A program made the position numbers and the translations under genes. Below are positions 53,635 through 64,000 of a stretch of 64,000 nucleotides of DNA, in pieces (position 1 is the first letter of the stretch; the number at the start of each line of letters is the position of its first letter). Source of the DNA: Eledone cirrhosa (lineage: Eukaryota); the NCBI GenBank assembly GCA_964016885.1, contig OZ024742.1:347572001-347636000 (forward strand). Direction: 5' to 3'. The notes beneath the pieces are model-generated. The model was not told the origin of the DNA, searched no databases, and was given only the letters and a program-made list of their open reading frames with translations.

Positions 53635-55534
53635 TTGTAGAACATGCTTGAATTTTCTATCCTCTGCTTCCTTTTTTGCAAGGTACACTTGTCTCCTAGC
53701 TTCCCTCCTGGCCACTTGATAGTGTTCTCTACTTCCTCCATCCTGCCATACTTTCCAAGCGTGCTTTTTTGCCTTGATTGTCTCCTCCACCTCACTGTTC
53801 TACCACCAAGTTACTCTGCTCCTGCCAATAGCTCTGCTCCAGCCACAGATTTCATCCATCACTTTCAGCAGGTTCACTTTTAAGAATTCCCACTGTTCCT
53901 CTATATTGTACGTCTCTAATTGCTCTTCCTTATTGTCAAAGCATCAAGTAATATGCTTTTAAATTTGTCACTGGCTATGGGGTCCTTCAACTTCCATATT
54001 CTTCTCCTCAAGGTAGTCCTCCTCTGCCATCGAGTACGTCTATTCCTGACTATGAGGTCACTAACTACTAGGCTATGTTGGGAAGTGCATTCTTCACGGG
54101 GGAGGGATTTAGTGTTTACAACAGACACTTTGTCACGTCTTCTAGTAAGGATATAATCTATCTGGCTGGCGTGTTCCCCTGATCTATAGGTGATCAAGTG
54201 ATTCTCTCGTTTTTTTTAAGTTTGTTTTACAGATAGTTAGGTTATTAGCATCACAGAATTCCAGGATTCTGAAGCCTTCCTCATTTCTATTTCTAACCCC
54301 ATAGCCTCCATAGATTCCATCATAGCCATCACTATGTTGTCCAATGTGACCATTTAGGTCGCCAGCTATAATTAAGTAGTCGCTGTCGGTTATTTGGGAG
54401 GTAGTGTACATTAACGACTCATCGAACCTGTCCTTTATAACGTCAGGTAGACCAGATTGGGGTGCATAAGTGGATATTATTGTCACAGTAGTTCTATTTA
54501 GAACTAGTCTTATTTTAATGATTCTATCATTTACTCTATTTACGTCAATTACCTTATCTACCCATTTTTCAGCTAACATAATTCCTACTCCACCCAGCCC
54601 ATTGTCATTCTCCACCCAGAAAAGTTTATAGCATCGTTTTTTACCCACAATGAATCTAGCAGACCCACCTCTCCACCTAGTCTCTTGAACATAAACATCA
54701 ACTTCTTTACGTTCAAGCATCTCTACAACCTCATTTGAGCAACCTTTCAATATGCCTATGTTCATGGTACCAACTCTGAAGTTGGGTGGGTGGAATGGAT
54801 GGGTTGGAGGGGCAAGGACGGGTGTGGGAGACCGAATTATGTTGGTCATCCATGTCTGAAATAAAGAGGGGTCCTTGCATTCTCGTCCTGCAGCAGGGGG
54901 TGAATTTATCTTTATCTGTGACATTGTCATTGAGTGTTCAGACTTTCCAAATTCCGCAGTCCACCTAGCAAACCGAAAATGAACCAGGCCTAAGCTTTAG
55001 GAGTCATAACCGAGGTGGTAGCTTTACTATACAGATTTGTAAGAGAACTTACTATAAACCGCTGAGTTATGATTGGACCATATAGCAATGGTTGGACGGG
55101 AAATGGGTAACTTTAGGAGAAGGTTAGTTTTTAGGAAGGGCCCAAACAGAATGAGGCATATTATTAAAAACATGTAAAATATTAATTGAAAATCCGAGAG
55201 AAAAACGGAGAATTAGAATTCTAGACTGGCATAAATAGAAGTTTAAAACACTGGTCCTCAAATGGACTACGGAAAAAAATGGAAAGACAAGTGTTTTGCT
55301 TACATTTTTCAAATCGACAAATCGTCCGTAAAGAGAGATTAGATATATAAATTCTGATCTTATATATATATATATATATATATATCGGCCCTTGTGGCCG
55401 ATGATGATGATGAGGCTGACGATGATGATGGTGGTGATGGTGGTGATGATGATGATGCTGATGATGATGATGATGATGATGCAACACTGATTCTTTGTTC
55501 CTTTACAGTAATACTATATATATATATGTGTGTG

Positions 55535-55718
55535 TGTGTTAAGTATTTCCGTAGAAAAGGTAGAGGAAAGAAGAGTGCTCTATGTATAGTACAGAGCTAT
55601 TTGATTACATAATAAACAACACAATATAATTATTCCATTACCAAAGGTTTTAGGAAACTAGACGATCCTCACAGAAACGTCCACCTTGTCTGATGAATGG
55701 GCTGGACGTTTCTGTAAT

Positions 55719-55720
<2 letters not shown>
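55535..55720 (-). mobile_element. decayed solo pLTR-like remnant
   Basis: Similar to 27360-27480 (AAGAGTGCTCTATGTAT, AATAAACAAC, TATTCCATT). Confidence 0.6.
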
Positions 55721-55766
<46 letters not shown>

Positions 55767-55894
55767 CATACATATATATATATATATATCACACACATAT
55801 ATATATATATATATACACACATTCATATATATACATATACACACATATGCACATATACAATATATTAATTCATATATATACATATACACACATA

Positions 55895-58575
55895 TACAAA
55901 AGCCTTCCCTAGTGAGGAATGTACATCCCAACATAGCTTAGTTGTCAGCGATCTCACGGTCAGAACTAGACAAACCTGGAAACAGAGGTCAACCTGGAGA
56001 AGAAAGATCTGGAAGCTGAAAGACCCCTCAACCAGTAACAGATTTAAAGATATTTTACTCAACGCCTACGACAGTAAAGAAGAACAGATAGAGACATTCA
56101 ATGTAGAAGAGAACTGGGAGTTCCTAAAAAATAATTTACTAGAGGCAACGGATGAGGTCTGTGGCTGGAGTAAGACCTCAAGCAGGAGGAGAGTGACTTG
56201 GTGGTGGAACAATAAGGTAGATGAGGCAGTTAAGGCCAAGAGACAGGCATGGAAAGAATGGAAGAACGGGGGGAGCAGGGTACATTATATAGAGACCAAG
56301 AGGGAAGCTAGGCGACAAGTATACTTAGCTAGGAGGGAAGCAGAGGATAGAAAATTCAAGCATATTTTGCAACGTGAGGACCAGAAACAGGAGGTGTTCA
56401 AGATTGCGAGGCAGTGTATCAGAGAGAGTTGTGATGTCATTGGAGAGAAGTGTATCCGGAATGATAAAGGTGAGCTTGCCCTCACAAGTGCTGAGAAGAA
56501 AGATGCATGAAAGAGTCATTATGATAGATTACTAGATGAGGAGAATGCATGGGAAGAAGAGACCCTACCCCAAGTAGACCCTATAGAGGGGCCAGCAGTA
56601 CAAGTCAGCAGCAACGTAGTAAGTAAGGCAATCAAAGATATGAAGATGGGGAAGGCAACCGGTCCATCGGGTATAGCTGCCGAGATGCTGAAGGCATCTG
56701 GGTCTGTAGGTCACACTATAACCACACGTATTGTTAACCAGGTAATACTAGAAGGTGTCATACCAAAAGATTGGTGCAGTAGCATCATTGTCAACTGCTA
56801 CAAAGGTAAAGGTGATGCACTAGATAGAGGAAACTATAGAGGTATAAAGTTGATGGACCAGGTCATGAAAGTAACAGAAAGAGTTATAGCACAGTTGATT
56901 AGGGACCGGGTGAAAATAGACGAGATGCAATTTGGGTTTGTACCAGGAAGAGGCACCACTGATGCCCTCTTCCTTGTGAGGCAGTTACAGGAAAAGTACC
57001 TAGCTAAAAGTAAGCCACTCTACTTGGCATTTGTCGACCTTGAGAAAGCCTTTGACAGAGTTCCATGTGCTGTAATCTGGTGGGCTCTTAGAAAACTAAG
57101 AGTAGATGAATGGCTTGTGAAAGCGGTACAAGCCATGTATAGGGGAGCAGTCAGCAAAGTTAGGATTAGCAATGAGTATAGCGAGGAATTTAGCGTACAG
57201 GTTGGGGTCCACCAGGGCTCTGTTCTTAGCCCCCTCCTGTTCATCATAGTCCTGCAGGCAATAACGGAGGAGTTTAAGACCGGATGCCCATGGGAACTCC
57301 TGTATGCTGATGACCTCGCACTCATAGCTGAATCTATGGTAGAACTAGAGAATAAATTCCAAACTTGGAAGCAGGGACTAGAAAGAAAGGGTCTCAAAGT
57401 CAACATGACAAAGACAAAGGTCCTTGTAAGTAGACGAGAAAACAGAACCCAGATCCCCTCAGGGAAATGGCCTTGCTCAGTATGTAGGAAAGGTGTAGGT
57501 AGGAACTCCATTCTCTGCCCCAAATGCAAACAATGGGTACACAAGAGATGTAGCGGGATCTCAGGAAGCTTAATTAAAAATGTAGGCTTCACATGCAGCA
57601 GCTGTGCTGAGACAGCAAGCAGCAAACAGCCACAGGAAACAAATATCACCAATCTCTGGGAGGGCTCTGTAGAAACAGTAGACAGCTTCTGCTACCTAGG
57701 TGACCGAATTAGCAGCGGAGGTGGGTGTTCAGAAAGTACAATAACTAGGGTAAGAACGGGATGGAAGAAGTTTAGGGAACTACTACCACTGCTAGCTGCA
57801 AAAGGCTTCTCCCTCAGAATGAAAGGCAGACTGTATGATGCGTGTATCCGAAGTAGCAATGTTGCATGGTAGTGAGACCTGGGCGCTGAAGGTGGAAGAC
57901 TTACGTAGATTAGAGAGAAACGAAGCCTGCATGCTCCGATGGATGTGTAACAGTAATATACGTGAACGACAAAGCATAAATGAATTGAGAGAGAGACTGA
58001 GCATAAGAGGAATCAAATGATGTGTGCAGGAGAGGCAGTTGCGCTGGTATGGACATGTGATGCGTATGAAGGATGACAGCTGCATAAAAAGGTGCAGAGC
58101 ACTAGAAGTTGATGGAAACCGCGGAGTGGGGAGACCCAAGATGACCTGGGATGAGGTGATAAAAGCCGACCTTACCCAATTACACCTCTCAAAGGCAATG
58201 ACACACGACCGTGACCTCTGGCGTCACGCAGTAATACAGAGTACCCGACCTCCCATGAGTACAAGCTGAAGCATATAGACAATATGCCCCCACACCCCCC
58301 ACCGCAAGGTGGTCGTGGAGGTGCCACGGCAAAAAAGCACCCAGCCCACACTGTAAAGTGGACGTGTAGGCGCCACGAAAAAGCACCCAGCACTCACTGT
58401 AAATGAGGTTGGTGTTAGGAAGGGCATCCAGCTGTAGAAATCAAGCCAAATCAGTTCCTGTATGAGCAAGGCATGGTCAGCCGACCAGACACTGCCCACA
58501 ACAGGACAACCCGTTTAACCCATGCTAGCGTGGAAGAACGGACGTAAAACGGTGATGATGATGATGATGATGATG
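55895..58575 (+). mobile_element. 5'-truncated RTE LINE with stops and a frameshift
   Basis: ORF pieces 56193-56510, 56640-57872, 57835-58269; 3' UTR and (GAT)n tail. Confidence 0.95.
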
Positions 58576-58628
58576 TGCTACCATTACACCAACACATCAC
58601 CCATCTCCTTCCATTCAAATTAGAAGCT

Positions 58629-59825
<1,197 letters not shown>

Positions 59826-59829
<4 letters not shown>

Positions 59830-62290
59830 TCATCATCATCATCATCATCATTTTACGTCCGCTTTTCCCTGCTTGCAAGGGTCGGATGGGTCTTATTCAG
59901 CACACCATCTTTCCACTTGTCATGGTCCTTCGTCATCTCCACCGTGAGCTTCAGCGATCTGAGGTCTGTTCTCAACACCTCCGCCCATGATTTTCGTGGT
60001 CTACCTCTACCACATCTTCCTTCAACTGGCATTTCCTGGCACTTCTTTACCCATCGGTCATCCTCCATGCGCATCACATGTCCATACCACCTCAGTCTCC
60101 TCTCCCGTACACTACTTTCTATCCCTCTCAGACACAGTTTCTCTCTCAACACATTCATGCTGGGTCATTCACGCACATTGACACTACACATCCAACGGAG
60201 CATGCTTGCCTCATTTCTCTCCAGCCGTTGCATATCCTCTGCAGTTGCTGCCCATGTCTTACTACCATGCAACATTGCGCTCCTCACACAGGCATCATAT
60301 AACCGGCCTTTCGTACGCAGGGAGAAACCCTTCTTCGTCAGCAGAGGAAGCAGCACCCTTATCTTCTTCCAACCCGTCCTTATTCTAGAGACTATGGCCT
60401 CGGAACCCCCCCCCCCTCCCATGCTAATCTGATCTCCTAGGTACCGGAAGCTATCCACCACTTCTATAGCACCCGCCTGCATTTGAAAAATGTGCTTATC
60501 AATGCGACTTCTACTGTCTAATTTCACTTTACATCTACTGCATACATATTTCTCCCTACCTGTTAGTTTGCCTGCTATCCCGCTACATCTCTTGTGTACC
60601 CAGGATCTGCACTGTGTGCATTTTATAGAATTTATGTCATTTCTTTTTCTGCATATCGAACATGGCCATTTCCCTGACAGAATCAGAGTTTTGTCCTCTT
60701 TTGTACTCATCAACACTTTTGTCTTAGCTAGGTTCACTCTCAGTCCTTTGCTTCCAACTGCTGTTTCCATAGCCAGAATTTATTCTCTAGCTCCTCTACT
60801 GATTCTGCTATAAGAACCAGATCGTCAGCATAGAGAAGTTCCCATGGACAGCCAGTCTTAAACTTATGGCTTGGAGGACTATAATGAACAAGAGTGGGCT
60901 GAGGACCGAACCTTGATGTACTCCTACTTATATCTGGAATTCCTCACTAAACTCCATTCCTACCCTGACTTTACTGAGAGTACCTCTGTACAAAGTTTGC
61001 ACTGTCCTCACAAGCCATTCCTCAACACCTAGTTTCCTTAGGGACCACCAGATGACAGATCGGGATACCCTATCAAAGGCCTTCTCTAGGTCAACAAAGG
61101 CTAAGTATAGTGGCTTATTTTTCTCTAAGAACCTCTCTTGCAATTGACTCACCAAGAAGAGGGCATCTGTTGTACTCTTGCCAGGCACAAAACCAAACTA
61201 CATCTCATCTAGTTTGACCCTTTCTCTAATTAGTTGTGCTAATATCTTTTCTGCCACTTTCATAACCTGATCCATCAGTTTTATACCCCTATAATTGCTC
61301 CTCTCCAGAGCATCCCTTTTACCTTTGTAGCAATTTATGAGAATACTGCTGCACCAGTCTTTGGGTATGACACCACCATATATAGCCTGATTGATGATGC
61401 GTGCAACCAGCTTGGTGCCTACGTCCCCTGATGCCTTCAGCATCTCAGCAACTATTCCCGATGGTCCAGCAGCTTCCATTTTTCATTTCCTTAATCGCCT
61501 CTTGGACCCTATATTCGTCAATCTCAATAGCTGGTCCCTCTGTCAGATCTACTGCGGGTAATTTCTCTCTCCCATTCGTTCTCCACATTCATCAGTCTCT
61601 CATAATGACATTTCCAGGCCTCCTTTTTCTGATCATTCGTGACAACTAAGTACACCGGCATCATTTCGGACACATTTATCTCCAACAACATCCTGATTTG
61701 CATTGACACACTGCCTTGCAATGTGGAACACCGCACACCTCTGATCTTCCCATCGCAGAACATTGGCAATTTCCTACTCTCAGCCTCCCTGTGTGCTAAG
61801 TACACCTGATGTCTAGCTTCTCTCTTAGCGGCTGTATATTCTTCCCTACTCCCACCCTTTTCCCAAGCCTTCCATGCTAGTCTTTTGTCTCTAATGGCCT
61901 TATCTACTGTGCTGTTCCAGCACCAAGTCACTCTCTGTTACCACAAGTTTCATCAGTAGCCTGCAGTAAGTTGTCACGTCAGAAATTCCAGTTATTATCT
62001 ATGTCATACGTCTCTAAATCGTCTTCTTTTTCATCATACACATCTTCAAGGGCTTTCCTAAATTTGTATTTTAGTAAAAGGTCTTTTAGCTTCCAGACCT
62101 TTCTTCTCCACACCTTCCTGTATGTCTCATTCCATCTCTTGCTTACTGAGATATCACTAACGACTAACCTAAGCTGTGGGGTACATTCTTCCCCAGGGTA
62201 TGCTTTGGTATTAGACACTATCTGCCTGTCCCGCTGCCTAACTAGTAAGAAGTCAATCTGGTTTATGTGCTCGCCAGATTTGTAGGTTAT
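59826..62290 (-). mobile_element. decayed RTE LINE of a second subfamily, with almost no 3' UTR
   Basis: Frameshifted RT pieces from 59853 to 62218; coding end runs directly into the (GAT)n tail. Confidence 0.92.
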
Positions 62291-62532
62291 TATATATATA
62301 AAAGACTTCTTATATATATATATATATATATAAGAAGTCTTTGAATAAATTCCTTCAAGAAATCCCGGATAAGCCTCCTACACCCGGATATGCCTCCGTA
62401 AACAATAACTCTCTGCTCGAGTGGGCCATGGTGCCCAAACACTGATTTGTAAGACTTCGCCAGGTGGTGCTATTGAGTTAGACATGGCCTGGGCCAATAC
62501 TGGCCGAAACCTATCAAAGTTATCAAAGTAAG

Positions 62533-62565
<33 letters not shown>

Positions 62566-62569
<4 letters not shown>

Positions 62570-63424
62570 TACGTCCCCTGATGCCTTCAGCATCTCAACA
62601 ACTATCCGAATGGTCCAGCAGCCTTACCATTTTCTATTTCCTTAATCGCCTCTTGGACTCTATATTCGTCAATCTCAATAGCTGGTCCTTCTGTCAGATC
62701 TACTGAGGGTAATTTCTCTCTCTCCTATTCGTTCTGCACATTCATCAGTCTCTCATAATGACATTTCCAGGCCTCCTTTTTCTGATCATTCGTGACACTA
62801 AGTACACCGGCATCATTTCGGACACATTTATCTCCAACAACATCCTGATTTGCATTGACACACTGCCTTGCAATGTGGAACACCACACGCCTCTGATCTT
62901 CCTGTTGCAGAACATTGGCAAACCTCCTACTCTCAGCCTCCCTGCATGCTAAGTACACCTGACGTCTAGCTTCTCTCTTAGCGGCTGTATAAGCTTCCTT
63001 ACTCCCACCCTTTTTCCAAGCCTTCCATGCTAGTCTTTTGTCTCTAATGGCCTTATCTACTGTGCTGTTCCACCACCAGGTCACTCTCTGTCTGGTTGGA
63101 GCTCTGCTCCAGCCACAAGTTTCATCAGTAGCCTGCAGTAAGTTGTCACGTAAGAAATTCCAGTTATTATCTATGTCATACCTCTCTAAATCGTCTTCTT
63201 TTTCGTCATACACATGTTGAAGGGCTTTCCTAAATTTGTATTTTAGTGAAAGGTCTTTTAGCTTCCAGACCTTTCTTCTCCACACCTTCCTGTATGTCTC
63301 ATTCCATCTCTTGCTTACTGAGATATCACTAACGACTAACCTATGCTGTGGGGTACATTGTTCCCCAGGGTATGCTTTGGTATTAGACACTATCTGCCTG
63401 TCCCGCTTCCTAACTAGTAAGAAG

Positions 63425-63427
<3 letters not shown>
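62566..63427 (-). mobile_element. internal RTE segment paralogous to ~61416-62255
   Basis: ORF 62725-63390; near-identical text; (TA)n at both ends. Confidence 0.9.
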
Positions 63428-63498
<71 letters not shown>

Positions 63499-63503
<5 letters not shown>

Positions 63504-63960
63504 TGTATATATAGTATATTTGGTAATATACTGTATATTTAATTTAAAACATTTTGAAGACCTTGCGCTACTATTTTAAAGTAGTGACTATGTCACTTAC
63601 TTCTTTTTTCAGCAAAGGAAGGGAGAGATGCTGACAGATCTGTTTGACACTGTTGATGTTCCTCACAGCAACGTACTCGCTGACCTCTGCCGAAGATTAT
63701 AGAGGCTGGATTCTTATAGAATTTCAGTAATAATCAGGAACTGATTATACAGAGCGGTTGCTGGTCCAGCAAAAATTAAAAATTAGGATTGGTGCTCTGA
63801 AATAGCGATGTATACATGAATGTATGTATAGTATATATTCCTTTGCTGAAAAAAGAAGTAAGTGACATAATCACTACTTTAAAATAATAGCGCAAGGTCT
63901 TCAAAATATTTTTAATTAAACATACAGTATATTACCAAATATACTATACATACATTCATG
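63499..63960. repeat. palindromic element with ~120-bp arms (may extend beyond the window)
   Basis: 63499-63620 is the reverse complement of 63838-63960. Confidence 0.85.
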
Positions 63961-64000
63961 TATACATCGCTATACATTCATGTATACATCGCTATTTCTA

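Larger units (their letters stand above)
49503..55120 (-). mobile_element. near-full-length decayed RTE LINE, interrupted at ~51197-53634
   Basis: APE domain 54184-54930 (QETRW, YAPQ, GDLNGH, QIDYIL), linker 53640-54197, RT/3' part 49503-51196. Confidence 0.92.

Noticed and set aside
54935-55120. HDV-like ribozyme in the RTE 5' UTR
   Set aside because: Some pairings are visible, but I could not build the full nested pseudoknot; it needs a motif search.
55668-55718. Hairpin containing GAAACGUC and CUGAUGA
   Set aside because: The permuted arrangement lacks a valid stem I.

Overview
AT-rich, repeat-saturated eukaryotic (metazoan) DNA; the repeat families suggest an octopus/cephalopod, which is an inference. 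The only host coding sequence I can support is the first two coding exons of a VPS33B-like gene on the minus strand (15017-14943 and 9977-9897), both missed by the ORF track. Its intron 2 holds a >9.7 kb 29/31-bp satellite with higher-order structure. The rest is mobile DNA: several decayed RTE LINEs with a PHD-type finger inside the RT, three Penelope-like elements, three ORF-less LTR elements with a tRNA-Trp primer site, a Buster-type hAT relic, CRE-like relics, SINEs, Helentron/HINE-like pieces, MITEs and mini/microsatellites. The most striking pattern is a graded series of Penelope-derived palindromes, from ORF-bearing to ORF-less. Their arms end in outward-facing type I hammerhead ribozymes with unusually long stem II, up to a 105-nt rod. 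A tail-to-tail LTR pair also shows signs of gene conversion between its 3' LTRs. All alignments and folds were done by eye.
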